64,000 bases of DNA, from positions 6,326,001-6,390,000 of the forward strand of contig NC_045697.1 of NCBI RefSeq assembly GCF_009834535.1, in the 5' to 3' direction. Under the pieces are notes generated by a model, which worked only from the letters and a program-made list of their open reading frames with translations, did not search any database and was not told the origin of the DNA. The position numbers were made by a program, and so were the translations under genes. This stretch comes from Camelus ferus (lineage: Eukaryota). Positions 40,840 through 55,400 of this stretch are shown here, piece after piece. Position 1 is the stretch's first letter, and the number at the start of each line of letters is the position of its first letter.

Positions 40840-43359
40840 ATCCAGGATGATTCTTTATCCCAACTGAGACCAGCTGGTAATTCAGCCCATGATGGGAGGG
40901 TGAAAAATAATTTCTTGTCCTTATGAGAAGCCTCTTTTGGCCTTACTGCTTCTTTAAAGCAAAACTCAGTACTTCATTGCCTTGCAGGGACTACCTCAAC
41001 TCCAGACTGCTTGAGAAAGAACTGATATTTTACCAGATGTTTTTGTTTCAAAGAGGAAAGATGTTTACAGTCTAAGTAACAAGACGGTCTTCACACAAAC
41101 ACCTTTTTAAGTCTTTCTCTTCCTTCTCTTCAAATTCTCTCCCAATATCAGCCACCCTCTCTCTTCCTTCACATCAAGCCCTCCCCGCCTCCCCTCCTCC
41201 AATCCTCCCACCTTCCCTGGGTCTCACCAGAGCCCTTTCTATGTAAAGCAGTTTGTGTCCCATTGGCTCCCATTTCCAACTTCGCAGTTGTTGCCCTGCC
41301 CAGCGCACAGAGGAATTTCCCTGGGATTCACTGTCTTTAGAAGATTGGGACTCGGGTAAATAAAAAGGGCTTTCAGACAGACTTACAGGACATGCAGATT
41401 CTTGTTAAGGTGAATTCTTAATTCCTCCATCTTTCACCCGATGCAGATTGTGACCCATAAAATTAAAATAATGGCGTTCGTGTACCGAGCCCACTTTCTC
41501 AAACTCCTCTTTCTCCTCATGCTCACACGTGCTCTGGAGTCCGTGGCTCACAGGGGCACCTGAGAAGCAAAGCCTGGAGGTTAGACCACCCTAACTGAAC
41601 TCTATCTCCTGACAACTTTCTCTAAGAGCCTAACTATTTAGTTTTGTTTTTGAGCTATATTTCCCCCAATATGCATTTTCATCTGGAGAGAACGGCAAGG
41701 AAAAATATCTTGTGTTCTACCAGCGAAGGAAGGAGATTTCTCTACGGAATGTTACCATCTGTCCAGCCACATGGCAGTGAAGCTGCATCGAGTGCTGGAC
41801 GACTCCGGAGAGGATTTCCATTGCTTCCCGGCAGCCGAGCCGGCCGCTAGTGTGAGGCAGGACTTCAGCATCAGTGTCTTTATTGCATCAGGCATTCTCA
41901 TCTCAAATGATCCGTCGCGAAGATCTGGAAATAAACACACGTGCTTTAAGACAACGTTGAGCCACAGAAAGTCCTTGTTGACAGAATAAATCCACCCTAC
42001 AGAGCCTGTTTGTCAAACATATAATCACTTTCCCACCACGGGGCATTTTCTGTGCTGTTCCTTCGGCCTGGAATGTTCTCTACAAACTACCCTTTGTTAA
42101 AATTTGTGCCCATCCTTGGAAACATCTCAGCCCTTCCTGCTCATTTCTGAGGAAAACTGTTTCCACATCCCTCCACTCAAACAGAGATATGAAGAGGTGG
42201 CTTCTCTTTCTCCATGTCCTTTGGCCGGTCCCCTTTCTGCAGCTTCCCTGGCGGTGCATTCTCACACTGCCTTCTCTTGAGCCTTGCACAGGTGTGTACA
42301 TCAGTATCTGCCCCTAAGGACTCTCAAAAAAAAAAAAAAAATGATAGCAAAGGAATCATCTTTGGGGAAACATTGGAGGAAAACTGTTTGTTGAATGACT
42401 AAATGAATCACCAGCTTCTGCCATCACAATTTGTCAGCAGCCTCGGCCCCTCCTGCAGAGGCCCTCTGCCCACTGCCCATCACGCCTGGTCCAGGCCGTG
42501 GCTCAGTGCTCAGTCCTCGTGTGGCCGGAGATTCACAGTGTGCATCTAGGCCTGGATAGGGAAGAAAAGTGAAGAGTAACAACCATTTTTAATGTAACGT
42601 GCTGGAAATGTCTAGTGAGCCATCAGAATGACTGACGCAAAGAGTGGTTTTATTTAACATTGCTTTTCGTGCTCTAAGAATAATAATTATGAAATACCTG
42701 AGTGCTTCCAAATTCACTTTTCCCTGTAAATTTAAACAAGAACTCAAACACGATACCAAGAGAATTGACAAATGGACCCCAGATCATGCTCTGGAGCCAC
42801 ATTTGGAAAATACAAGCTAATGGAATTACGAAATGCAAAAATAGGCCAGAAAAAAAGTTAAACTGTGTCGAGGATCTCGGAGACAAATGTATCCCACCCC
42901 TCATGTCACAGAGGACTCGTGGCAGAGCAAGAACGAGGGAGGGACTTGGTAAAAGTCTTACAGCTCTTGGTACCGGAGCTGGGAAGAAACCCGCCACAGT
43001 GGGAGAACGAAAAGGGAGGTGTGATTGCCTCCGAGTCAGTTCCGTGCGGGCACAAATGCCGTCTCACTAATGCCGTCTCACTAATGAGCCCAGGTCATGA
43101 GACTGACTCATCCAGTTGACAAGGCACAGAGGTTTGAAATGAAAACCTTTAAGAGGATACTCGGCTGCATGGCCCTGGGTCCCTGGTTAGCTCACCTGAA
43201 CCCCCATGAATTAGAACTCCGTAGTGGGGGGCGATGCAGACCTCGTGTCTGGAGCATGCTTCCTGAGTTCCTCCTCTGGGACCAGAGGAGGTGGGGGGCG
43301 GGGAAGAGGACTGGGGCTCTCTGAGAGAGGTGACGGTGGGCTGTCCTTTACATCAGCCA

Positions 43360-43862
43360 GGCCACTCGTGGAGAATTATGTTTTATTCAGCAGGTTTTCT
43401 GAGGACTTCAAGCTGGAGAGGCGGCCTCTCAGGCAGCTCCGAGGGACTGCTCCGAAGGGGGAAGGGGGGAGCGGGATCTACAGGAGTTTTTGCAACAAAG
43501 ACCAGGTAGTTGGAACATCGAAAGGTTACTGCTAATTAAACAAAACGAGATGTCTCAGGTTAAGGAATTTAGTGCTCTTCTGTGGAAGGGAAGATGGAAG
43601 AGCTCTGGGCTCACTGAAATCGTCCCTTTGATGTGCACCTCAGCTCTCTGGGGCCGGTGTCCTGTTCTTTCCCATCCCGAGTCCCCTCTGGGGCCGCCGT
43701 TGGGAGTGGCTGCAGTGGCCGAGTGCTTGGCAGCAGGCGGCCTGCTTGTCTCCGTCCTGAGTTCTCCCCAACTCACCGTTGGGGGCTGCGGTAGTGGCTG
43801 GTGGCTGCTGTCTGCAATGTCCTTTGTTTCCTGATACGGTGGCAATATTTCTCATTCACAAC
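43360..43862 (-). mobile_element. ERV1-type LTR
   Basis: LTR-like sequence (tctcaggttaaggaatttagtgct...gctcactgaaatc...cctttgatgtgcacctcagct); family not resolved. Confidence 0.55.
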
Positions 43863-44009
43863 TTCTACGCTGCAAAACCAGTTCTGCCCTTGGCCGTGGC
43901 CTTAGGCAGAGAACCATGTCTAAAAGGGGACTTGGCAATGAAGGAGCTAGAGGAACACACATACCCTGACCTCTTTATCCTGCAACCCAGTGGGAGCCAG
44001 AGGGTAAGG

Positions 44010-44574
44010 TGAGACAGGAAGGAAGGGGGCAGGGCACGACCGTTTAAGGAATGACACAACAGTTAGCACCAAGATGGCGGAGAGTTCAACGCCCAACAGA
44101 CCTTGAGGCCCAATATGGCGGGAGATTTGACTCCCAGTAGACCTTGAGCTTCATTATTCACTCATTATAATACATTAGCTGCGAAGTGGCCCTCCCACAG
44201 GTGCCACGACAGTTCCCAGGCTGACTATGAAAGGTCAGAGAGAAGGCAGTGGCCCAATTCCTGGGAATCCTCACCCCTTCCCCAAAGTAGTTGGAATAAT
44301 CCTCCTACTTATTAGCATATGAAATGACCAAGCCCATGAAAAACTAACAACCCCACGCCTCGTGGTCGCTCTCTCCGGCCTTCTGAGACGGCCCGCACTC
44401 TGTCTATGGAGCGTGCATCTCCTCTGAATAAATCTCCTTTTACTCAGCTATGGCTTGCCCTCGAATTCTTTCCTGAGGGAAGCCAAGGACCATCACTTGG
44501 TGGGGCGCATCCCAGGGACTCCCCCAAGACCTGGGACACGGCCTTCCTCTTGTGCCCCATTTTTTCCTATGTCA
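44010..44574 (+). mobile_element. ERV1-type solo LTR with a 4-bp target-site duplication
   Basis: TG...CA termini flanked by AAGG at 44006-44009 and 44575-44578. Internal AATAAA near 44427. Confidence 0.8.
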
Positions 44575-44756
44575 AAGGAAGCCCAGTTATTTATGTCCAG
44601 AGAGTTCAGCCTCTCTGGGCACAAAGCAGGGTGGTGGAGGGGCAAAAGGCACATTCCCAGCACAGTGGGAAACCTCGCATTGCCAGGAGGGGTCTTCGAC
44701 GGGGCATAGTGCTCAGAGACAGTCTTCCTCCTGCCCACCCCCCACTCACTCCTCCC

Positions 44757-45153
44757 TGTGGAGAAGGAATGACTTATGCAGTTTGGAAGAAGGAGTAAGG
44801 ACAAGAGGGATCAGAACCTCGGGGTTCTCTTTCGCTGGTCCTGATACTGAGCAGGACCCTGGGCCCCACCACCCCCACCTCTTGTTTATAGAAAAGCTGA
44901 TGTCTGCAGGCCTCCCTGAGTCTGAGAAGAGCAGGCTCAAGCAGTTGATGAGGACAAGCCCGCCGGCTTTGGGGAATGGCGACAACTCTGATCGCCTACC
45001 TCAACGAGTAACTGAGATTATACCCCCATTTCCCTTTAAACCTTTCATGGCTGAACAGAATCTTTGGAGATTGTTTACTTTGTAGGGGGGGGGACATTGG
45101 GTCCACTAGATTGCAGGCATTCTGATTAAAAGCAACTTTCCTTTTTGTGACCA
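44757..45153 (+). mobile_element. Partial LTR-like element
   Basis: TGTGG start and an LTR-like U3/R segment with ATTAAA near 45125. Confidence 0.4.
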
Positions 45154-46914
45154 CGGCTGTTGCCCCTGCGATCATACCCCTGCTCCTCCCTTGACTAGAA
45201 ACCAGTTACTCTTAAAAATACATGTCCCATTAAAATATTTACTATGGCTAAGCTTTTTATTATTTCGTAGCTTTCCTTCAAATCTCAGGTTTAATTGCAT
45301 TGGAACGGACAGATGACTTTCAGTTTTAGAGAACACTTGTGTGAATGCCCAGCAAATATAGCTGCCGACAGGGGTCTTCTCTTGTTTTATTTGAGAAACC
45401 TCTGAGTTCCAAACCACAATTTGGATTTCTTAGTAAAAATTCTACCCAAGTGAAGAAAGACTGGAAAGAAGCAGCCTCTTTTCCCTCTAAATAGGCATCC
45501 CTTTAAAGGACAGGGGTTCGAACGCTGTGGATCCTGGAAGAAATACAGGGGCTTTTAGGTATGATATTGAAACTGGAAGAAATGCCTGGTTTCTCATTTC
45601 TAAAACAAAGGGTAAAGGCTAAACTAGTTTTTCAAGGGGTCGAATTGCTTTTCTTCTTCAAAAAAGTTTGGAGACAGATCAAAACCAACAGCCACAGTGA
45701 CAAGGAGGGCGGTTCTGAGGTGGGGGATGTCTACTTTAGTGCCTCTGCTTGGCCCCAAAGCATCTGCCAGGCTCCCTCGTGGTTTTTAAAAGCGGTGGAT
45801 GAGCCTGGGCCCGTCCAGGAACAGCCCACCCACACAATGGCTGGTCCCAGGAGTTCCTTATAAAGTGTTATTCAAACTCCCTAGGTGATACCCGTCCATG
45901 CTTCAAATTGCCTTATTAGGAGCCTCCAGGACCAAAATCCTCAGGGATGACAGTGGAGGGGAGGGCTTTGGAGGAGTGAGGTGCAGGTACCTTTGGATCA
46001 GCCTTGCCTGAGTTGCTGAGATGCCAGGGGGCTGGCTACTCCACAGTCAAGTTCCCTATTTGTCCTTTAGCTTTCTGAGACAAAATTCAGGAATTTATGG
46101 CTGAGTCTATTGGGCTCAAAATGGGAAAACTGCAAAGTTAGACAGACAATTGCTTTCTGTCTCAGTTCACAGAATCAGTAAGAAGGTCTGAGTAGCAAGA
46201 CTCTAAACTGCTTTACCCGAATGCTGTGCTTCATTCTGTTTTCATTAAAGAGAACTTTAGGATCTCTGAGCGTGGTCCCTGCGACAGCAGCACCTGCCTC
46301 GTTAGACACACTGAATCAGAATCCGTATTTTAGCGAGATCCTTTGTGATTCGTACACACAGAAAACCAAACTAGAGAATTTAAATCACAAGCTCACTCTG
46401 CACGAGGCCCTCAGTCCCAGCTGCCCTGTAAACCAGCCATAGAAGGACAGTGCGGTGGGCAGGTGGCCCGGCCAGCTTTCAGGAGGGGAGTCCAGAGCAA
46501 GCCCTTCACCCATCGGGCCACAAGCAGCATCTTGGGTCACTGCTTTGCAACCTGGGTTTCTCTGTGTGACTCAGGGCCCAGCGTGTCCAGCCTAAGGAGA
46601 CTCTCCTTTAATTCCCGCAGTCTTCCATCCTGCTGGCCCCTCCCTGCCCATCACCCCTGGTTCATATTAACATTAATTATAGCCCATGGCCCTGCATATG
46701 CTGCTTTCTCTGATAACACAGAGTGTGCCTCTCCCCTGCTGGACTATGAGTACTTTTCCCCTTTCATTCTCTAGGAGCACTAGCAATGCCATGGCAACGC
46801 CTAATCCCTAACCTCGAGATGGGGTGGGGCTGATGAGAGTGTCCGAGCAGGTGTTCTTGGAAAAGGAAACAAAGAATTAGCCAGATGAGGGGAGAAATAA
46901 AGGAGCCGAGTTCT

Positions 46915-47350
46915 CGGCCAGTGCTTCTCAAACTGTCATCTGCACAAGTCACCCAGGGACCTGCAGATTCTGATTCAGGAAGTCAAGGATGGTACCAGAG
47001 ATTCCGTAGCCCTTACAAGATGTCAGGTGGCGCAGATGCTACTGGTCCAAGGACCACAGTTTGAGTAGGAAGTTACTGGCAATGTGAGGGCAAGGGTCTT
47101 GCTATGATAGTCACTGTGATGTCATGATCATGTGTGTCTGCCCAAGGAAAGATGGTTAATAATTAGTAAATAAATAGTTACTGAATTAAACACTTATAGC
47201 TGAGACACCACGCTGGGTGCCTGAATTCTCATAATAATCTTGCAAGATTAACAATATGTCAGTTTTGGCTGTAAAATCGGGGCTAATACTATAGGCATTG
47301 AGGCACAGAGAGGTTGAGTTACTTGCTGAAAGTCACACAGTTATTGTGGC
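46915..47350. mobile_element. MER5A-like DNA transposon followed by a MIR fragment
   Basis: cagtgcttctcaaact...cagattctgattcag...gaccacagtttgagtag, then tgaggcacagagaggttgagttacttgc...gtcacacag. Confidence 0.6.
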
Positions 47351-49194
47351 AAGTTGCTCCTTACCAAGTATTCCATGTGCTCCCCTACATTTCCTGATCT
47401 CCCTTGCAGTCAGTTGAAGCTGTTGAACTAATTTCAGCCAATGGTCTACTGAGGACATGGCATGTGCCACCTCCTAGCTGAAGCAATTCAGAGCCAGCCC
47501 TCTCTCCTCCTTCACCCCTCTCTCCTCTGCTTTGTACTCTGCCCTCTGAAACACGCGGCCCCCAAGATAAGGTTAGCAGGAATGCTGTCCAGCCTGCAGG
47601 GGACTTCACACGAGGAGTCAGAGATCTGTGCTGAATTTAAACCACTACAAATTCGAGTTTGTTATCAGATGATGCCGACTAGGAGGGGCTTGGTGTTGCT
47701 ATCAGACAACGCTTCGTACGGTGGGCTTTCTGTCTGGGACCCTCGGTCCCCCGAAGGTGCGCATGTGCCTGATGCAGTCTAGATGAGGCGAGTCAGTGCT
47801 GCCCGTGGGTGGAGCCCAGATAATGTTAGGCCCCGGGACCCAGAGAAACACCTGAAGACGTGAAAGCTTTAACAGTAGCGGCACAGTGACCGTCCTCTAC
47901 AACTCGGTGAAGGTTTATTCTCTGACCAACGCCATTTACTTTCTAGCTCTGTTCTTGACTCGTATTAAGGCATGTCTTCAAACATGGTTGGGATGAGGAA
48001 AACCTTGCTTTTCGAGGTTTTATGGCTCCATTCAAGACCTGAAAGAAATCTTATTTTTAGAACAATTTAATGCACACCTTCTCAAGTGATTGACTTTACA
48101 ACCTCTGTTCATTCAGTAAACAGGGGATGCAGTTTCTGCACACAGTGGCACGTGGATTTGTGTGTCCCATAAAACAAGATGCACCATCCTAGTTGCATGT
48201 AAACATCACAAAGACGAGACGACTGTTTATATTTTTCTTGGGATGCAGCATTAAACAGAAAGGAGTGGCACAATGACTTAGAAATGGGAAACCCGAGAAA
48301 GTGTATAATCATCATAGAAGCCAAGTCAGTGTTGAGTCTGTCCAACCTTCTCCTGCCCACCCACGTTTCTCCTTCTCTGCCAAAGATGCTTGTCCAAGGT
48401 GTTTTTACTGGTGAGACTGGTGTAACATTTTCAGAACAAACTGCTCTCTAGTCTCTGAAACAATTTGCATCAAATAGAGAAATAGAGAAAGTGACCCAAC
48501 CCATTTGCTGATAGTAAAAGTGGCATAAGGACAGTACTGAAGAGGGAATTGTTACCACTTACATAAAGATTCTACCATGAGATCTGTAAACACAGCAGTG
48601 CACACATATAAATAGATCAGATTTACTCCAGGAATACTGGAGGATTTAACATAAGAAAAATGTATTCAAGTAATAATACACATTAGGATTTTTAAAGAAA
48701 AAAGTAACTCAAACATGTTATGTAAATTTAGTTATGGAAAAAATCTAAGATGACTTATGGATAGAAGGGAATTGCCTTAAGCTGATAAAAATCTATCTTC
48801 CAAAAAAACTAAGGCAAAAATTATGCTTTACATGGAAGGGGGAAACTCCAAGGAACTTTCTTGTCTCTTTCCGTATTTCTTTTTTTGAAGCTCTAATCTA
48901 TTGCCTACATAGAAAATACAAGGACTCCGATTTTAATATTGAATCTCGTGTTACATCAGTCAGGACTTCTCTCAGACTGCTGGGTAGAGCTCCTTCTATT
49001 GCTGACGTATAGGAATTCGACTGAGTTTTAAAACACTGAATGGGCACTTGGCAATATTGTTAGGTTTTAAAATTCTACTCTTTCCTTCTTTCTCTACGGC
49101 TACAATTGATTGTGCAAACTATAGTTTTTATTGTTATTGTGAATGAGGATCTTTTCCCTTAAATAAAAGGAATACATTATAAAACATTATTGGA

Positions 49195-49350
49195 GGGGAG
49201 GGTATAGCTCAGGTGGTAGAGTGCATGCTTAGCATGCATGAGCTCCTGGGTTCAATCCCCAGTACGTCCCTCCAAGAATAAATAAATGAGTGAGTAAATC
49301 TAATTACCTCTTCCCACCAAAAAAATTTACATATACATATATATATATAT
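49195..49350 (+). mobile_element. tRNA(Ala)-derived SINE of camelid vic-1 type
   Basis: ggggagggtatagctcaggtggtagagtgcatgcttagcatgcatgag...gggttcaatccccag carries Pol III A and B boxes, an A-rich tail and aacattat repeated on both flanks. Confidence 0.8.
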
Positions 49351-52300
49351 AACATTATCGTCCAGCACAACTGGATTTCTCTTACATTTTCAAGCCAATT
49401 ATCAGTCTAAATGGTAGCAAGGTTACCACTGATGCCACTTTTTCCTCAAATGCACCTGTATGCTCTATGCTTCTCCAATCGAACTCTCAGGGATTGAGAC
49501 TGACCGGGGTTGATGCGTTAGGTTTAAAATGCATAGGGAATAGCCAACAGCCAAGAACAACCAAGACCATTACTGCAGCTTTAGGCCACCTGCTAGGAAG
49601 GCTCTTCTCATTTTGTGTGTGCCTCTGTCGAAGGTACACCATCTCCTCAGAACTAACTGTGAAGAAGAATCACGATGAACAGTGCGGTGCACCAGCACGG
49701 GCCCAGCAGGAGAGCCACCCAGGACGGAACCTGAGTATTGGAGACACAGACTCTCCAGTAACGGGTATTAGGACACCTGAGTTAGTAATTCACCTGGAAC
49801 TGACTTTGCTGAGGATATGAACCTCATATGACTTAGGTATTGTTTCACATAAAAAAAATTGGACCCAGATCTTTTTGAAAAACATTTTTACAAAGCCTGT
49901 AACTGACAGCTTGTATTTTATTATGTTCACTATTGTATGGAAGTTTATTTTTAACATTAAATTTAATAATATGACTATCTTTTGACCTCAAGGTAGGGGA
50001 GGGTTTCTAAAATAAAGCACCAGAAGCACCAAACCTAAAGGAAAAAAATTTTTTCTTTATGGATTTTTGTGTCTGTATTTTCTTTTAAAAATTTAAATAG
50101 TTCAATGGTAAAATGGACAATGCAGTTCATACGTGGAAAATTAAAATGTCCAATAAACCCTTGCGGAAGTATCGTATCTCACCAGAAATCAGGCAAACGC
50201 AAACAAAACCGGTGCATTGCTTCTCTGAGTCTAGCTATTGCCACATTGTATGCTGAGCTTCCTGTTTCTCCGTGTCTTCCCCAACTCTTAGAGGACTGTC
50301 ACCATTTCACAACCGTCAGGTTGGCAGCTTGCTTTCCACATGGGCCGCCCCTCCGGCGCTCACCCTGCGGTGCAGCGTGTCAGACGTCGCCAGCGGGTGG
50401 CAGGCTGTTCTGTTCTCCGCCCAAGACCGCGGGCTGCATAGCCCCTTTGGAAGGCTGTGTGACCACCTCTGGGCAGTGGGTTGTGAGCGGAAGGGTGGTG
50501 TGTTGTTTCCCACCTGTGCTGGGCCCTCTCACTGCTTCCCTCCATCACAGGGATGGAAAAGCCCAAGGGGTTCGGATGGCGCAGCTACAAGGGGACCCTC
50601 CCGCAGACTGTGGACATGGTGTGGATGAGAAATGCACTTTTGCTTGGTTGACCAACGAAAGCTGCAAAGTAAGTGATAACCTCAAAAAGTCGCATGTGCA
50701 ACTATTTCTTTAAGGTACAGATAGATCTAGAAATGGAGCAGCTTGCTGGGCATTAATACAGAAACCGCACAGAACTGGCATTCCCTAAATGTGAGTGTGA
50801 AACCTCGCCTAGCCTGCCTAGCCTTAGATACAGAGACAGGCGACATCCGATTTCCCCCGTTCGGAGGCCAGGACAAGTTAAGTACCGTAATACTTACAAT
50901 ACAGGACGTTTGTCCTTGTCCTCGCCTCTTCAGTATCATAAACACTGGGCACATAAGGGTCACGGACACTGCAAATGTGGCCAGGAAGAAATGAATTTTT
51001 AATTTCATTAAAAAAAACTGAAGCAGTGTAAAAGTCTTGCTACTAAGCACAGCTTTAGTGTCTTGGTAGGACTACAGCTCATTATAGCTGAAAATTTAGC
51101 ATCAAAATGGAGACATGCTTTATCTTTAAAATATACAGATTTCAGGACATTTTAAGTGTGTATGTATTTATATATTCACACATACACACATACAGTGTTT
51201 ATACACAAAAAGTGTCTAAGTAGATTTTCTGTTGGCTGAAAAATGCTTAGATCATATTTTAGATGTATTGGGTCAAATAAAACATTTGCTTCATCTGCAT
51301 TTTACTCTTAAATGCGACTACCAGGCGTCTAGGCCACGCAGAGGGATTGTGTGTTCCTATTGGAGAGCACTGCTCTAGGCTAACTCCAAGTATGACACCT
51401 CCTCCCAGCTAATGTGTCTGATGAGTGTTGGAAGCTTAGGAAGGCAACTCGTGCTGCACGCAGCCTGGGAACAAAAGGCTCTCCACATCGTAAGGGAAGA
51501 GCCTTACAGATGCAGGGAGCCACCACGGTGCTTCCTGCCAGAACACTGGGCTAGCCACTACTTCCCTCATCTTCACAGAAACCTTCATGGAAATCCATTG
51601 TTATTAATCTTTCTGGGCTTAGGTTTTCTTAACGATAGAAGGTGGACTAGTGGCTGCTGTTTTGGGCCTTTCTGGCCTCGAAGTCAGTTTCTGCCCAGGC
51701 GCCCTATTCCAGTCACACTGCAACCAGCCCTGGAGGTCCAGGCCTGATTAAATCCCTCTTCAGGCTTCTGCTGCCTTATCTCTACTCTCCCCTAAGCACC
51801 AGCCAAGGTGACAACTTATTAGACTAGATCTATAGGATGAGAGGATGACTCAACTCAAGCCAGATCATAAATAAGCCAAACTGATGAACTGAGCAACTCA
51901 CATCTCCTGCTTTCCTTAAGGTCTGCTAATATTCAAGTCCAAGTCTCTTGTCTTTTTGACTCCTTGCGTGCCGGGAAGGAGATGAGGGAATTAAGCCCCC
52001 TCGCCAAACATCCTGACCCTTCCTTCCCGCGTGTGGGCAGGAGCAGATGTAAAGGCTCTGCTGTATCTGGATAGAGCACCAGCTCTGCGGCCATGCCCAC
52101 AGGGCCCAGCAGGCCCGCTGACCGCCTAGAAGCCCCTGCAGCCCAGCCGCACTCCCAGCTGAAAGGGCACGCTGGAGGGCAGCTCAGGGACCCACACGCA
52201 TTCCCTGATGTCACTGACCATGGTATGAAAACTGCCACTGCTGCCCAAACCAGCATTTCTTGTGAAGAATTTAAGCCAAAGCAGAACAAAACAAACTGGC

Positions 52301-52469
52301 CTCATTTCAGGGAATGCTTGATTAACGAGCAGTGCATCTAATTCAAAATACACCCTCGCAGACGTCAGAGCACCTGCACTGTGCAGAGTGATGCCTTTAC
52401 CTGGCTCAGAAACGTATTGCACAAGACAGGCTACGTGCCAACGCGCTTAACATTCGAAATGAAAGGACA

Positions 52470-55400
52470 GAGAAAATTTTATAGTTGCTTTATTTAACAA
52501 AATTTACGCCAACTTCTCTATCTATATACAAACGTGTTTCAAAATCAGAGCAGCAGACACAAACTGTTAACACGGGACTTTATAATAATGCTTGAAACAT
52601 GTTATGCAATGTTTTGCTTTCTGCTCATACTGACATTTACCAGATTCAACAAGCATTCCAAGGCTGAGCAGCATCGTGTCTTCATCTCCTGGGATGGCTT
52701 ACACAGTATGTCCTAGAGAAAGAGGGGTGCGACTTTTGAGGGTTAATTACTACACTGTGTTCAGTTTAGCTCAACAAACAGCACTTGGCCCAGAAGAGGG
52801 GCTCACAAAGTGTTCCAGACTGGGGATAAAAATTTGAGTAAAACAGAACCTATCTGAGTATACTTAAAAAAAAGTTTTTTTCCACTCTGTGGTATCATAA
52901 ATATAACAAGATCGTCTCATTATTGATCCCCCAAAATGAAAAAAAAACTTTAAAAAATAAATTAAAGATGATTTTAGTAGTAGGTACTATGAATAACATT
53001 TAGTGAGTGGAGGTCCTTCAAAATCAAGGTAAGAAAGTACACAAACACTCAGGACACTTCTGCCCCTCCTTCTCCTATTTTGTTAGAATGTGTTCGTTTC
53101 ATGACATTTACCTACATGTTAAGCTATATTCTAAAGTTCTTTCTATAGGGAAGACAGGCATTTTTTGCTTTCTCATTTTTTGACTTCCAGGAGCCCTAAC
53201 TCCTTAAAACGCACTGTAGTTCTGAAAATCTCAAAAAGCTTAACTACATATTCTACTCACAAAATTTATCTCTGTACAAGTACATACGCTGAGTTTTAGG
53301 TAATACTTGAAAATTTCGAGTAGATGCTGCAAAGTGTAAATATTTCACGTGGACATTTAACACTCTGACCTGATTCATGATCTTTCCTGAAAGGTCATGG
53401 TCCAGCCTTTCAGGAAAGGTGCTACTAAGCAGTGAGGTATAGAAGGAGAGAAAGAATAAATCACAGCCTTTTCTTCTCTCCGAGTCTTAAGAGCCTTCTT
53501 TCATGCTGGGCGGGGGGGGGGGGGGGCAAATCTTTGCATGGATGAAACTTGAGAACGCTCTGCTTTATGTAGTGAAGTGGTGCACACAATCCATTTCCCA
53601 AAAAGCACCAGCGAGAAATGTGCAGGGACCAAATACTGTACTGCAATGATCCACAGGGGTTTCCGCTCCCATTTGTTCGTATAAATCAGACCCATCACTC
53701 ACTGTGCTTTCATTGTCTAAAAATGAGATCAGACCATTATAAAAATGTACTTCCAAAATAAATTACTTCTAGAATATAAAATGTTTTGTATTTTTCCAGC
53801 CCACATAATTTCATTATAAAATAGGAAATCGAAAAATTAGCTACTGCAGTTTTATATGGTAAAAAATATTTATATGTGTACATATATACACATATAAAAA
53901 ACCCAAGTTTTAAATTTCAATACAAACTAATCAACTTAATGATTATGTAACGAAGTATACACAAGCCATGCTGATTATCTGTAATGAGAACCAACTACAA
54001 AGAATGACAATCCCATGTACCAGAGGGTAAGCTAAGACTTTCCCACATGGAAAAAGAATCAGGAAGTCTCCCACCAGCTACCCCACACAACAGAAGTCGC
54101 CCTCATGCCCTTTTCACAGGTGTAACAGCGCTGGATCCACTCACTGCGCTTGGTTCTGAGGAAGGAGTCCCCGAAAGGGCCGCTCTGCCTCGTGGCTGGG
54201 CCGTCTGTGTTCTGCATGATGGCTGGCTCCCGGCTGAGTGGGAAAGTGCGGACTAGATCCAGCCCGGGCTACGCCTGCCAGGAGACGGTGCAGAGGGCAG
54301 GTTTCTGCCTACTGCACACCGAGGACTAGAGACCAGCACGGGTCCTGACCTCCGCTGTTGGGGGCAGCAGGAGGGTTACTCATCTCCGTGCTGCTTCTGA
54401 GACAAGGTGATCAACAGGGAAACCATGGCTGCGACTCAGACGAGTCAGAAGCAGACCGTTGCCATCAATGAAAGCCAGGGATATGGGCGGGTCCCATCCT
54501 GTTGATTCCTGCCTGATTTTACTATTTTCATGACGGAAAACCTTAAGTGGCCTCAAGGCAAAGGGAGAAGAGGCTCTGGCCTGGGGAGCAGTGTCTGTGG
54601 TCCACCAGCGACGGAGGAAGAGTGGGCAGCCCCCACCCACGGTCTGCGTTTTCCCAAATGAAAACCAAAAGTTCCATTAAAGCCACAGCTCTCCTCACCA
54701 TCCTGTTTTGAACTGTCTCCCCAAATTCTGCCGATGCTGTAAGAAGCCTGTTCACCCACATTTTAGGTTGGTTACTTACTTGACTTTTGTGGCAGTGCTG
54801 GGGAAAACAGGAGACAGTTTTATATATTTTCCCTCAGTGACTATTTCTACTTTTCCTTTTTTTTTTTTGGCAAAAAGGCACACTCCCTCCCCAACTGTCA
54901 TAAATCAAGGTGTTTAAAAAGAAAGCAAAGGCCTGAAAATGTTTCTTTCTTCCCCTAACACCTGCTGTTGCAGTAAGTTCAGGCAAACCACTGGGAATCA
55001 TTTTTTAAAAGTGTCAATGAAAGCACAAATCTGTTTGTAGAGAACACTCAGGAACACTGCAGAGTGGGTGAGGGACCAGAATGGCCACTTTTCTATAACC
55101 AAACTTAAGGTAACAAAGTAGAAGACAGAATTTCCATTATGTACCAAATATTCGGGAGATGAGTTAATGCAAAAAAAAAAAAAGAAAAGAAAAAGTGGAG
55201 GTGCACACCCAGACATGGGTTTAGCTCTTCAGTAGCATTTGCTCCACAAGGCGCACGAATAGAACACCCTGAACTCGTCCCCCTGAATGGATCAGAAAAG
55301 ATTTTCATCTACTCAGGAGAAGGTTGCTGACCGAAGGAAAGTCTCAGATCCCACTAAAAAATCTGCTGAGAGTTTCACTTCTCTTCAGAAAAATGCATGT

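Noticed and set aside
43055..43086. 14-bp direct tandem duplication (aatgccgtctcact x2)
   Set aside because: Ordinary slippage duplication with no array or spacer structure.
49195..49270. tRNA-like sequence
   Set aside because: Has a SINE tail and flanking duplication and lacks a clean acceptor stem, so it is a SINE rather than a tRNA gene.
50069..50713. 214-aa plus-strand ORF
   Set aside because: Non-ATG start, no recognisable domain, and probably overlaps old repeat fragments.
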